DNA of 58,227 nucleotides, filler included, from Sphacelaria rigidula (GCA_964200075.2; 6 parts of 6 records of this genome joined end to end with filler, not necessarily neighbours in it), one strand, 5' to 3'. Shown: positions 35,640-49,241, numbered from the whole stretch's first letter. The notes: a model not told the origin generated them from the letters alone. Program-made: numbers and translations.

Positions 35640-37088
35640 CTGGTCATGGTGAAGCCGTTTTCGACTACTACACAAGGTGCTTTATCGGGGACGGTGATGG
35701 GATATCGCCCGCCAATTTTAGGCATGTAGAGGGAGTATGCTGCAGAGGTTACATGTCGAGAGATCATTAGCGAAAATGGGCAAGTTTGATCGTGGTTCGT
35801 GGATGGGTTTGATGTGAGATGGCCGGGCAATGATAGGGATAAGAGGGTGGATGCTGCCGTGGTGAGGTGTGGTGAGGTAGCGTTTGTGGGTTTCGTAATT
35901 TATTGGAAGTGTGATGTTGCTTGTCGTATAAAGGGCAGATATGAGAAGATGGCGAATGTCGGGTCGTTCATGGATGGGAAGTGTGATAGTGCTTGGGACG
36001 ACTCAATGGGATATCTTCGGGCAATTTCGTGGAGACTGAGGGTGCATGCCGTGGAGGTAGGGTGAGACAAGAGTGTACATGGAAGTGTAATCGTGGTTCG
36101 TGGTACGGTTTCATGGGATACTGGTGGGCGAATGTCTGGACGTTTGATTGTTGTGGTTCGGACCAGGGGTTTAGCGCAATTATTTTGGCGGTTGGGACGT
36201 CCATATAGACTAGGTTTGGTGGTGGTTTGAACGAGAGTATAATCGTAAAATGCTGGGAAGTTATATAGATATGGAATGGCTACGAAGCCACATGTGCGAA
36301 TGCACGGCATGTCAAATCGGTGTAAGTGTCGTAGTACACAGCCCGTGGGATCGACGAGGCATGGCAAGTAGGCATGGGAAGGACCTGTTTGCAGTCTATC
36401 AGGCATCGCACGAGGATGAAGTTGCGCTGGCGAGGGGAGGTAAGCGTAGGAAGGAGTGGGCGAGAAGCTCGAAGGGCGGCATGATACATGCTCACTATGT
36501 CCACCTTACGCCAGTTGGACCCCACCATTGAAGGAGCAGTGCATGAGGTTCATGACCTCTGAAGGTGCATGGTACAAGGTACGAGGTCGGAGAAAGGGGA
36601 CGATATTTTGACGTACGTATGAGAAACGCCCGTGGGATATTTTGAAACACCATTCTATTTCGAAACAGAGTGGTCAGGACGAGGGGAGGCCAATATTGTG
36701 TAAGCATTCTCAGTAATACCTGGGGATAGAGTATCACTTTGGTATGACCTCAATACTCTCCCCAAAAATTGTGTATGTTGGGTATGATCCAAAATACTCT
36801 ACATAATTTTTGGGTAGTTTGGGTATGATTTCAATCTTCCACCCAAATATTTGGGTCTAGAAGTATGGCGGGAAGAACACGTACTTTCTCCCGACAACTC
36901 GAAGATTTTGGGGGCGACTGAAAAAATCGGGAATCCGGCCAACAGTAAAACTGAGCGCACGAAAAATCGGAAAAGTACGCTAGAATTCTCTTGAAAAGCA
37001 AATCAAATCGTTCCGAGAAGGCCCAATCCACCAAGGCCCGCATTCCGTAAAAAAATCGCGATGAAAGGCTAAAAAAGGGCAGTTCTTA

Positions 37089-37264
37089 GAGCGTGTCTTA
37101 CCACATCATTTTCCGATTGAAAAAAGTGCGGCGGAAGAGGAATACTCCGATCGGGTAGGTTATCATTTCAGAATGACGTGGACATCAATGGGGACCTATC
37201 ATATCGGAATTGTTTTTTTCCGCCGCACCTTGTCGGTCGAAGAATAGGGCCCGAAGACACGGCC
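37089..37264. mobile_element. PIF/Harbinger (Tourist-like) MITE, TSD TTA
   Basis: tta|GAGCGTGTCTT...AAGACACGGCC|tta, internally palindromic. Confidence 0.65.
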
Positions 37265-37277
37265 TTAGATATGCTAA

Positions 37278-37459
37278 GGGCGTGTCTTAGCACATTACGT
37301 TTTCATTGAATATGTGCGACGAAAAATAAAAATTCCGACCTGAAAGATCGTGATTTCACCCATCGTCATTCATGTTCGAAATCACGACTTATTAGATCGG
37401 AACTTTTGTTTTTCACCACACACACTTTTGATCGGAAAATGATTTGCTGGGACACGGCC
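37278..37459. mobile_element. PIF/Harbinger (Tourist-like) MITE, TSD TAA
   Basis: taa|GGGCGTGTCTT...GGGACACGGCC|taa, related to the neighbouring copy. Confidence 0.65.
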
Positions 37460-38277
37460 TAATCGGGCCCCAAGACGCGTCTGGGCTGTTCGACTACACC
37501 AATATCGACCGGAGACGATATATGTTTTTTTTCTTCTTGGGATACCATTTCTTTTTTACTACAACCTTTTCATGGATAAGTCGTGCGCTCAGGCGACGCC
37601 CTCGTTTAGAAGCTCCACAACCTGCACACCGTTGACCCGGGCCTTGTAGCACTGGTCTCTTCCTGGAGCTTCGAAGGTATACCCTCGAAACCTGACAAAA
37701 GAGCGGTCAATTTATGGTTTATTCTGCTGACGGCGTCCCCTGAAATGGTGACCGTCGTGTGATATGCATCCGTAGAGCTCGGAAATGGCACCAGTTATAA
37801 CTGGTCATTATCATAATAATGGTAATACTCGAGATAGTAATGGTTAAATAATTTGTTTCGATCATGGTTCCAAACCATTATTTACCGTTTCCGGCTACGT
37901 ACGCTACATACAGCCCTTGAAAATTGGCCCAAATTCAACTCATTTTTTAGCTCTAGTGAAGCAAAATCGCGTACAAACGTGCCTCCAGCGGGGCCCCCTC
38001 TGTCGGGGGTCTTTTTGGCTCGCGGCTTCGCCGCTCGATGACCTAATCATCATGTACCATTTAACTGGTTGATGGTTGCGCCACGCGTGACCATTTTACT
38101 GGTTGATGGCTAGACAAACCATTTCCGAGCTCTATGCATTCGTGTTTGAAACATACAAGGCAGTAATCGGCGCTCGAATCGCACACGTCGCCGAGGAAAA
38201 CCGGGCTAGCAAAGTCGGCTCCTCGACGGAGTATCCCGAATAATCCCCCGTCCCCAACAAAAGGCATCGAAAAATAC

Positions 38278-38441
38278 CACACCCCAGGACAATATATGAA
38301 CAATGGTTTCAATGGACAAAAAATGTACTGTATAAAGTATAGGTCTATTGCATCTATTGTCGGCCGCCAACCTACGCCTGTACTTTACGCAGTACATTTC
38401 GTGTCTATTGCAACTATTGATCATATATCGTCCACGGTGTG
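38278..38441. mobile_element. Palindromic MITE with CA...TG ends and 8-bp TSD (P- or hAT-like)
   Basis: CACACC...GGTGTG termini with flanks AAAAATAC / AAAAAGAC. Same family as 47043-47212. Confidence 0.7.
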
Positions 38442-38478
38442 AAAAAGACACAGAGGGGACCGGGAGGAAAACCTCGGA

Positions 38479-38748
38479 TACTTTCTACGATAGCTCTCTC
38501 CCCCCCACCCCCCTACAACCAGCCCAAAAGTGTCACGAAAAAAATGACCAGACGGCGCCTGATGTTTGGGTTCAGGCTGCATGAAGCGCCTCATATGGGC
38601 GACTTTCGCGAAAACGCATCCAAACGTGGGAGTTCCCAGCTGCTCGTTGTGCCCGTTTTTTTTGTCATTTTTTTTCACGTGTAGATTTTGCCTCCCCAAA
38701 CCAGGCACTTTTTTTTGGGGGGGGGGGGGGGGGCTATCGTAGAAAGTG
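38479..38748. mobile_element. Small MITE-like element
   Basis: TIR ACTTTCTACGATAGC plus C-tract / G-tract plus GCTATCGTAGAAAGT. No clear TSD. Confidence 0.5.
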
Positions 38749-38886
38749 TGTTTTTTTTTTTGTTTTGTTGGGGGTAGTGTTTGGTTNNNNNNNNNNNNNN
38801 NNNNNNNNNNNNNNNNNNNNNNNNNNNNNNTTAATTAATTAANNNNNNNNNNNNNNNNNNNNNNNNNNNNNNNNNNNNNNNNNNNN

Positions 38887-39130
38887 GGAGAGCGACTACA
38901 GGTATGTCATGGGTACACCAAATTCAACTTAACGGTCGACGAGGGAAAGGGACTGCCGAACCCCTCTCGCGATAGAAAATAAATGCAAGCACCGCAGAAG
39001 AAAGGTGGGGTGTTAAAAAAAACAAAAAGTTCCTGTATTGACCTTCCTCCTGTGTGACCCCGGCTGGTGCGCCCACATATACCGAAAGGTGTAGACTGCT
39101 GCCCAGAATAAGTGGGACGACAACACACAC
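38887..39130 (+). mobile_element. SINE family 1 copy (head cut by the segment edge)
   Basis: Aligns to the reverse complement of 53992-54240. Confidence 0.75.
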
Positions 39131-39526
39131 CCTCCTACTCTTCATACTCATGTTGATTGATACCGTGTGGCTATCGAATGACCTTGCGCTACCAAGCACA
39201 TTTAGTTGGTGAGACTGCACTGTCTACAGTCGCGGATCCGCCTTGAAGCAAAAATGTACAGCCAAACTATGTGTTTTCGTGTGAGCATCAACCCCACTCA
39301 CATACTCTTCAAAGAGCTATTCCCAGCTCGATCAGCTGTGTTTGGTCGACGAATAATCTGAGCATGTTCTTGTAATTAGGCTGGAGTCTGAAGCAAAATG
39401 ATGGAAGACTCTATGTCTTGTAAGGAATAGCAGGGACGGTATTGGAAAGACGGGCCTACGTCTGTGACCACGGGTTCGAGAGATCGGACTAATGTGCGGA
39501 AAGAAGAAGAAATAATGTACACCGCC

Positions 39527-39838
39527 GCGCCCCGGTGGTGTAATGGTCCGAGCGTCGCCATTAGGGTGGAGAGAATGAGCATTCGATTCCCGATGCATTG
39601 GGTTTTTTCTTCGTAATGTATGATTTCCACCGTGGAAGCGTGAGAACGTGAGTGAACACAGTCGTCGACTGGGCTTGTGTGACGGAAGTTGACGCAATGC
39701 CGAAGTGCTGACCCAATCTGCGAGGTCAAAATGAAAGGCACGTACCGGGGGAGAGATGGGTTGATCCCTTGAGACCACGGGCTCATCCCAAGGAAGGGAA
39801 GGGGTTCAAAGTGTGAGGAAAACAATAATAATAATTAT
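39527..39838 (+). mobile_element. tRNA-derived SINE family 2
   Basis: A-box-like TGGTGTAATGG and B-box-like ATTCGATTCCC, with an (AAT)n tail. The 3' part recurs at 32527-32750, 1-70, 8255-8320 (-) and 57341-57390. Confidence 0.7.
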
Positions 39839-41108
39839 TCTAAATAATGTATGACTTGGTCCACAGGTGCTCATGCTCGCTTATGCATACTCTCGGCGTC
39901 GTTTCAGGCACCCGAACAGGGCATCGCTGTCGTGTACATGGGGGTGAGCTCCAGGAAAACGGATAGACACCGGGTGCAGCTTGTTCAGGGCTTTTCCTCA
40001 TCCCGAACGTTTCACCAGCTCGTTCTCCAAAGATGCTGACATGAGAGGGGGGACCATTGACATAAAGAACAGTGACACAGGAGCCCTTCTTTTGTGAGAG
40101 CCGTTTGCGACACTCGTCGTTATCAAGCTGAACGCCCCAATGACCTACGCAGTCGGTGTCTGTGCACTCACGTCACCAAGTGATGATACCGCAGGCACGT
40201 GAGGCGCTGGACCTTTTGTACGGGGGAGATTGATGACTGGAGGGGGCGACGACAACGAGGGGAAGCGCGCGGGGGAGGAGGTCGAGGAGATCGAAGAGGG
40301 CGAGGACGAGGAAGACGAGAACGAGAAGGCCAGAGTTGCCGCGAACTCGAGACGAGAAGCTCACCTTAAGGACGCCGAAAACGAATATGCCGAAGATGGC
40401 ACGGACCCCTTCTTCTCTTCGAAGAAACATGATGTGGGGTAAGGCGAAGAACATGGGGATGAGGACGAAGAGAAAGGGTAGTAAGGGTAAGGGTAAGAGT
40501 GAGGACGGCGAGATAGAGGAATAACCGGCGGATAGATTTAAGTTGGGGCGGGAACAGCGAGATACCGGCATGGTAAGGGTCTGCGGGTGGTGGAAGTGTC
40601 AGTAAACGGGGGAGGCGCAGCACCCCGAGCGTACGCCAAGTGGGTCACTCGTGAAGCACAGTACACGGTCGGCGCTACTAGCGCAACACGCGAGGTGAAA
40701 TGTGTCGTACTTTCCTTTTTTTCAAGTGATCCCGATGTTTCCTTGCGTTGTTGTCGTATTTATTTTGCCTTTGTCGGCTTGTGGTGTACTGGTGCTCGGG
40801 GCCCGAGAATGCTCATGGGTGCATCAGGGTTCTATCGCTGCAGCTGTTCGTCGTTGGGCGCCATATAGCGAAACAAAAATAAAGTACCATCGCAAGCGAT
40901 GGTAGCGCGCGCGCAAGCACCCCGGATATTTCCTGCCAGTGGAAGTTGTCAGCCAGTAAGATATGGCGTTTGGGGGTGCTTGCATATGTCAATAAAGAGA
41001 ATATTTGAATGTGACGTTTCGGCTGACAGCGGGGCAGGTGTTGATGAGGAGACAATGCAAAGCGGCGTTTTGGCCACGTGGGCGCTTTGTAGTGAAGGTT
41101 GATGTCGC

Positions 41109-41647
41109 ACTTCCTCTGTGCCATGAATAAAGGTACCTGAATATGTGCGGGCCCTTAACGATATCCGATCGTTTTTTTTTAATGAAGTCAACGGTGTTTT
41201 TTGGTCAAGAAAATGTGTTTAAAATTTGCAGCTCGTGCTTGAACCATGCCGCCGAACGGCTGCAAAAAAAGTTTTCGGCCCAAAAATGGCCGTTTTTTGC
41301 CCCTTTCCAAGGGGAAAAAAAGTGTCGAAATTTTGTTTTTTGATTTTTTTTAATCGTCTCCGTCTTCACTGGGGCTTGCTGCCAGGATGTCCCACGCGAT
41401 TACAAAAAATCCAAAAAACAAAATTTCGACACGTTTTTTCCTCTTGGAAAGGGGCAAAAAACGGCCATTTTTGGGCCGACTACTACTTTTTGCAGCCTTT
41501 CGGCGGCATGGTTCAAGCACGAGCTGCAAATTTTAAACACATTTTCTTGACCAAAAAAACACCGTTGACTTCATTAAAAAAAAACGATCGGACATCGTTA
41601 AGGGCCCGCACAAATTTAGGTACCTTTACATATGGGACAGAGAAAGT
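41109..41647. mobile_element. Foldback-type element with about 245-bp near-perfect inverted arms and about 40-bp spacer
   Basis: 41109-41356 is the reverse complement of 41397-41647 with few mismatches. Confidence 0.75.
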
Positions 41648-44600
41648 ATATTGCAACCAAACAAGGCAATGGCACTGTCCGGATAGCTCATAGTAGGCAG
41701 CGGAAGCAGAGGATGCATGGTATCACCCAAAGAGCGACGGGGAAAAAATGGTTACCTACTCTTCTGTGTATCTGGTATGTTTTACATGATTGCTTGCAGC
41801 TCTGTACTGGCAGCTGCCAATGTTCGTCCCAAATCGCGATGGTTGGTCATTGTCATCTGGAGTTATTCTTAACCCCTTGACCACGAGGATAGGTCACCTG
41901 CTGAATCGGCATCAATATTTACTTGAAAAAAGTATGCATGATACAGATGGACTACCCGCACCGCAGTTAGGACTGTTTCCACTTTTATGAAGACAAGGTG
42001 CCGAAGATAATTCTAATGCTAGATTCCCGGAGTAGTCTGAAGTCAGCCTTAAACGGATATATTCCCTGACCTAGTGAAGAAGTCTCTGTGGGGTGATGCA
42101 AAGTGTCCGAGACATGTGTCGACGATTTTCCCTGTGTGGGGATCAAATAGTGGGTCCAACGTCCCAAAAGTGAACAATCCGTGGGCCAAACATCTGTGTG
42201 CCATAACATTCGGCCGAAGGCCTTATGTCTTTTTTTCGGGGATCCCTGAATTTTTAGGCGTTTTCAGACCCGGCCTTCAGCGTTCGCCGAGAATGAAGCG
42301 GCTTGATTTTTTCTCCGAAGCTTCACGTGAGGAGAAGTCTCAACACTTCGGATTGCAGCGCAACACTACGCAGCGCTGCCCTGTGAGCACGCAGTGACTC
42401 TCGCAAGCGTGCGAGAGTCATCAGGAACTTTGCTAGTGACACCCTGGGCCATGTCGTAGAGTAAAAGGCGCCGTGGGTTGGCGGTGTCTATCATCTTAGA
42501 TGGTGTGGGCGTCGGCAGCGGTGGTGGGCCTGTTGGGGTCAAGCACGGTGGTCGTTGTTTGCGGACGTAAGCTCTTTCGCAATGAAAGAGCACACACAAT
42601 CCAGTAGCGACCTACTTGCCTGCTGCGCTGCTACGAGTGTACGATATCGCACCGTATATTAAGTCTATAGCTGGTGTGGTGGGTGTATCTGCGCATACAA
42701 CTGACAGGGAGCAAACATGCTGCAATTTTTGCACGGAGCTTTCTACCGTTATGCCCGTGAATGGGGCCCGATTTTGGGCACTACATATCGGGAAAACGGA
42801 CCGATCAATTACACCGTCAGTTGAACGCAGAAGTTTTGGAGCCTAAATGAGCCAATCAGCATCAATCATAAGTACATGCGTCACTCGAAAAAACGTCGAC
42901 GCTCAAACAAAAGGTACTGTTGCTATAGTATATTCTACAACAAACCTGTGACTGACGTTGCTGCACACCTGTACAGAGGGTTACAACAACAGGAGGATAG
43001 ACGCTGCTGCTCGTGTTGTTGTTGCGCCCCTCTTGTTGCAGTATATTGTTGTGCCCGTCTTTCAACGCAGATTTCTCGGCAACAAAACAGGAGATTGGAC
43101 TGCGGTTTAACGCGTGCCACGGAGACTGCAGCACTTTACAAACCGCTGCAGCAAACACAACACGTACTAAAACACGCGTTACCTTCAACGTTCTGGGGTT
43201 TTTCGGATCCGCTGTGGCGAATTGAGCAACTCCGCCGCCACACTGAATTGGTCTAGTGTATGTGCGGGGGGCTGTGAAGTGCCTCAGGCCGGTTTACTTC
43301 CTGTCTCGAGAAATATGCGATGAAAATACTACAGCTGCATATCGCATACTAAACCCAGGTAACTTGGGGATGGAGCGTGTGTTCTAGTCGGCAGAGGTTC
43401 GGCACAGGTCCGACCAGTTTATGACGTCTTTAATACGTCTTCAATATCCCTCCGCGTTCATCTCTTCTTTTGTTGACCACGGATTTTTGGTTGGTGAAGC
43501 CTTCATCCACGGGCATAACAGTCCGGTTTTTCACATGTGTGCTGCTGCTCCAAACCGGGAGGGTCGGTTGATCACCCCCTCGCCTTTCCGACCGCCTCTC
43601 CGTTTCATAGAGGCGTTGCGAGAAAAATGCTCACCGTAGTTTTGACCGCCGTACACGGGCAGACAGCATCATCCTGTCCTTCATGTGCGGGCGAAGGCAA
43701 GCAAACGACGACACCAGCAACACTATGTCCGTGATGAGATATCTTACAGCTACAAACGATGTTTTCGCGAGATTGAGAGTAGAGGATACGATTGATAGTG
43801 AAAAGCGGTCAATTAGTTGATGGATTTTTCAGTTCCAAAATGCCCCTCCAGGAGGCCCGATATGCCTTCTGTAGTAGCTTGCCACTGAGGTCCTTGATAT
43901 CCCTGAGTAGGATATCGGCATGTAGCTGTAAGCACACGGCAGTGATAGAGGCAAAGAAAAGCACCCACGGCATGAAAAATTGGCTAAGTTAAAGCGAATG
44001 ATCAAAGCCACTCTCAATTCGCGCTCTACTCTCAATCTCACGAAAGCGTTGTTTACAGCAGAACTCGATAATAATGGGTTGAGAGCTCTCCAAAATTTTA
44101 GGACTTCTCTGAAATAACATTTTTCTTCGACAAAAATGGGCCTGACAATACCCCCTATGAATGAAACAATTATTTTCCTCCAAACAACTTCGTTGTGCCT
44201 GATACGCTCCTTGACCCGATTCGATTCGATTATCTGGGGAGTGCATACTGCAAGCTTCATTCCCGATCTGCACACCCCACGCATCATGCTGCGCTCGATT
44301 CTTCACGTGCAGTTTTCGACAACCGCTGTTTGCCAATATTAAGATGATGTTGAGATTACCCCTCTAGGGGTGGTATCGGCCCAAGATAGTTGGTGGCACG
44401 CAGGTTAAGCGCAGAGTGCACACTGTATCATATCAAGAGGCATAACAAGTACGCATCACTTGTTTATACCACCAGCTGGTGCAATTGATGGAATTCTCAA
44501 CTTTTGAATTCCACGAAGAAGTTGAAGTTTTATGCTGTTGTACCCCTTTGTGGAAGAGGGGGGGGGAGTACCTCGCTGGGTATCCAAAGTTAGAGTGCAC

Positions 44601-47042
44601 GGATACCGTTGAAGTATATTGACATGTTTCGTACCCCTTCCCTCCCTGCCTTCAGAAGAGGGTATATTGGTCTTGGTATAAAAATCGGTCTTAGTATAGT
44701 CAAGTGCATCACGAAGACTTGGGATCAGGTAACTAATCAATTCATAGATGAGATACGAGCTGGGCCAGCTTAAAAGCGGCTAAAATTTGCTCACACCACA
44801 GCTTCCCCAGTTTCCCGAATGAATGCGATGTAAGCATATCACTGTGGAGTGTAGACCAACCTCGTAACACACGGCACAGTCGTTGAATGAAAAAAAAATG
44901 AAGATAAATGCACTGCATAATGTATAACCTTGACGACAGACGAAAAAAAAAAGGTAATACGTGGGGATTCGAACTCATGACCTCCATGATTGGAGTATTC
45001 CATCGCTCGATTTATAGGGGTGCAGCGGCATCACGGAAAAAGTTGAACACACGGCCCAAGTCGACGACTATTGAGCTGAAATTTCAGGTAAACCTTCTGC
45101 ACCCAAGGAAATGATACTTCACGTGAGCAGCTGCAGATTTTCATGTTTTTTCTTTGCTGCTCACGTGATCTTTTGCATTTCGATCACAAAAAGCTGCTGT
45201 CAAAATTTCAGCGCCCAACTCCTACTATCGCGCCGTGCGTCGCCTGAGCGAGATTCACACCTACTCTTGGCTGGCCCAGCTCGTACTGTAATACGCGGGC
45301 CATGCGAGATTTCCTGGCAATGTCGGGTTGGCAGTACAATGTTCCTATACGCATTGTACAGTACTAGTGTGCATGCATTCGACGGCAACTGAATGATGGT
45401 GTCGATATTTTCCTTTTCTTGGAGATATATGGAGTTGAGGAATAAGTAGTAGCAGGCCGAATAGATACAGCAGTATGCACTTAGCTCTTGCTTCTGACCC
45501 ACTGCTTCTGCCCCACTTTTCGCACCAAGTTACCAGATGGCGCGTCTTGTTCATGTGGCATCCTACACACGATGTACGTACAGGGTAAACAGAGCGTCTC
45601 AAGATGTGGGTCGAGCTGTTGATGCTCCCCCTCAATCGTCGACCAATTCATACCTGTCCGCCGTCAGCACCATCTACGAGTTCCTTCTCATGATAATACT
45701 GCATGCCCACCAGAAGTATGGCTACGCCATCTCTAACCCCATCGCCGCCCGCGTGGATCGCCGATTGTGCCTCCTCCAGTGTCGACGAAGCTACGAGCTC
45801 TACTATCATGTCTGGTTCGAATGCGCCGGGGTAAGGGAAAATCCTGCACTAAAAGACGATGCCAGACAAACACTTCCAAGTATACTGCAAAGAATTTCAT
45901 ACACTTGCACTAGTAGCTGTAGCTAAAACCGTAGGCGCAGAAAGGTGTAGCAGCACGTTCGATGGCTCACTGGCTGCCTGCATGCATAGAATATCCTGAA
46001 AAGAAGTACCGCGCTGCAATGTGCTATACCCGCTGTCGCATCTGTCTCTCTATAGCCTCGTTGTACCTCAATCATTTTCAATCTCGCCGCTTTTATTCAG
46101 TCACACCGCATTTAGAACAATTTTTGCTCCAAACGGTGTCATGGGGGCGCCGGCACGAGCTCTCCACTTGCTTGAGTGTCATTTGTCGGGGGTCATGGAG
46201 GGTGAAGGAGATGACACGCACGCGAAGGATCGAGTACGGGAGGAGGGTGGGGCATCTGTTTTTGTGACGCCTTGCTTGTTGGTGGCTGCCACGCTAGCGT
46301 GTGCTCTGTCGCAACTGGGAGTTGACCTGGCTGGGGGCCTGACCTTTACCGTGGGCTTGTTTCTGTTGCTGGACTTCCTTGCCTTCCGGTGGGTGTGCTT
46401 GTGTGTTCATGTGTGCATGTGTAGGGATGGAGGATTATGCACCATCGTAGTTGAGTGGGAGGAGGAGAAGGAGGAGGGTGGGGCTGACGGCCACTGTGAA
46501 TTTTACACTCTGATTTGGGGTGGGTGTTTCGAAGTAGTCGGAACTCCTCAAGGCATATTTTTTGTGGAAAGTGTCTTGCACAACAGTACAGTCAGTCAAC
46601 AACCTTTTAGCAACAGTCCAGTATTTTTGCGCAATACAAGGTAACGCGATAATGTAACTTTGCAACGAGCTCGCGCAAACCTCCCTGAGGGCAGGGCATC
46701 CAGGCTCGCTGCACTGCAGCACAGATCTATCCGTCTCCCACGCCAGCTCCTCGCAAATCGTATGAACTGGGTCAGCCTGGAAACGGATATAAACTGCCAC
46801 TGCCGTATCTTATCGACGCGGAAGAATTGGGCCGTGATCCATGCATCTTCTCGATCGTCTAATCAAGCCCCAGATGCTTATCTACTCAACAAGCCGGTCA
46901 AGCCGATCAAATCCTTTCTCGTTCATGAACCGCCATGTCGAACGAATCCCGTGACATACGGAGATACCTCGACACGAAAGTCTGTACGAAAACCTGAAAA
47001 TGAAAATAGAACGTATGGGGCTGATTTTTTGTGTAAACATTC

Positions 47043-47212
47043 CACACCTTGAACAATATATGGTCAATAGTTGTAATAGACAAGAAAAGTACTGCATGAA
47101 GTGTAGGCCTATTGCGACTTTTGTCGACCGGCAATAGTTGCAACAGGCCTATACTTTATGCAGTACACTTCTCGTCTATTGTATCTATTGACCATATATT
47201 GTCCAGGGTGTG
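47043..47212. mobile_element. Palindromic MITE with CA...TG ends and a perfect 8-bp TSD (AAACATTC)
   Basis: TIRs CACACCTTGAACAATATATGGTCAATAG / CTATTGACCATATATTGTCCAGGGTGTG. TSD at 47035-47042 and 47213-47220. Confidence 0.75.
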
Positions 47213-48147
47213 AAACATTCCTTGGGGTACAAGGCAAACCGTTTTAGGCACGTCTCAGGCAAAATAGTTGGCCTCAGGCAACTGCTAAGGCATGCCTTAC
47301 TCCGTATTCATGCCTGAAATGCCTTAGTTTAGAGCTCGGGATGCCTGAGACTTGCCTTAGAAAATCACTCCGGTTACTCTAATAATTGGAGTGGGCGTTG
47401 TCATAAGCTTGACTTATTGCTATTGTTTGTGTGGTATAATGTATTTGCCTCTGTTAAATAATGCATCTCAAACATAAAAACACCTTAATAGGCAATCCCT
47501 TTTCGAAAAGGAGCTCCAAGGCAAAAAATGAAACCCCGTTATCCCGACTAATTGGAGTTGGCGTCGTCGGACTTGGCGTCGTCGTTCGTGTGCCTTACTT
47601 CCATTCTTTGTTGTAGTATACGTGTTTGCCTCGCCCTCACAAGGCATCTCAGGCGCCATAACCCCCTCTCAGGCAAACCCTCTCTGAAAAGGGGCTCTAA
47701 GACAAAAAAGTAAGGCATGCCTTAGAAGTCAGGGCTTAGCCCGCTCCAGTAAGCGGCGAGAAGTGTGTGCTGAGCGCAAACATTTTTGCTTTTGAAAATG
47801 TCAAATCGATGCGTTGTTCACGGGAACAGGGAAAAGCAGGTCGAATTGGGCGTCATTCAGCCCCCCCCGTGCTCCTGCTGTAGGGCGAGATTGAACATGA
47901 AACAACTGTTGTGGGGCATGCTAACAAGGGTACTGTATGGAGATGGAATCCCCAATGTGTTGCCGTTTTCGGTAAGTTTTCACCATAATTATTGTGAAAC
48001 GCCGATAGACGTACTCCCGCTGTGACCTAGGGACACAATGCACTCTTGAAAGGAAATTTAATGAGAGGGTATTTTGCTGCTGTAAGGCTACTTCTTATGT
48101 TATCAAAAAATGAAACTTGTTGAAAAGTGCGCTTTTGGCCACTCTCC

Positions 48148-48494
48148 GTCGTTTTTCCTCCGAAAAGAGGGCTAGGCGGATGTTGACACCTTGGGATGAC
48201 TTGCTCTACTCGCTGAGACGGTTCCAGAGCACCTTTGCGTTCCCCATAGGTCACGATTTCGTTTTCGGCCAAACTTGCATTTTCAATAACAAACGGTGAA
48301 GTTACCAAAGAAATGTCAGTTTCCACCCTGTTTTTTGATAACTCGACCGTTTGTTATTGGAAATGCAAGTTTGGCCGAAAACGAAATCGTGACCTACGGG
48401 GAACGCAAAGGTGCTCTGGAACCGTCTCAGCGAGTAGAGCAAGTCATCCCAAGGTGTCAACATCCGCCTGGCCCTCTTTTCGGGCAAAAAACGG
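48148..48494. repeat. Long inverted repeat (about 160-bp arms), probably internal to a foldback element cut by the segment edge
   Basis: 48148-48311 pairs with 48329-48494, giving near-identical mirrored pseudo-ORFs on both strands. Confidence 0.75.
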
Positions 48495-48623
48495 TTGAGA
48501 AGAATCANNNNNNNNNNNNNNNNNNNNNNNNNNNNNNNNNNNNNNNNNNNNTTAATTAATTAANNNNNNNNNNNNNNNNNNNNNNNNNNNNNNNNNNNNN
48601 NNNNNNNGGGTGGGGGGCGAGGT

Positions 48624-48681
<58 letters not shown>

Positions 48682-49241
48682 TTGTTAGTACGTGGGGCAT
48701 CAGAGAAGCTCACCAAGTCAACCATATGTGTCTAGAAGTTTCCCGCGGCAAATTTGAGCCGTGCACGAGGCCCGAGAGCCGCGGGATGCCCATACCAATC
48801 ACGGTCGTCAAAATGAGTACCTTTGATCCGGTCGGGGTGGACTACATTGGACTGATTCGCGATTCCCCCCCACGACTCATTTTAGTCATGGAGAATCATC
48901 CATAGATTACATGGGTACGAATAACTTGTCTTGTATTCTGCTCGTGGTCAATGCCGCCTGCCTGACCCCTCACGTGCTGCCAGCATAGCTCCACACTGAA
49001 GTGTTGCTGTGGAGCACTGGGCAGAGGCACCGGCAGCCTGCAGTAAATTGTGACCAGTGGAGAGCGATGACATACTTATGGTATCTCTTGCCGTTGTATC
49101 TAGTGAAGACATGCAGCACACATACATACCCACTGTGCATGCAATTGACTGCAGGTTCAAAACTGGTCCGGGGTTCTCCGGTACTATTTTCTATTTAAAT
49201 GAAAAATAGCCACATGTTCATGAAAAATACGTTTTTGTGTA

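Noticed and set aside
35690..36540. Coding region or viral remnant
   Set aside because: Only short ORFs with no recognisable motif; weak internal repeats only.
40230..40524. Acidic exon of a host gene
   Set aside because: Purine-rich low complexity with several in-frame stops and no convincing splice sites.
44456..44740. Copia RNase H motif (TKHVNI)
   Set aside because: Single short motif without surrounding Copia signatures.
45537..45926. Possible exon ending GGG|gtaagg
   Set aside because: Plausible donor, but no recognisable peptide or partner exons.
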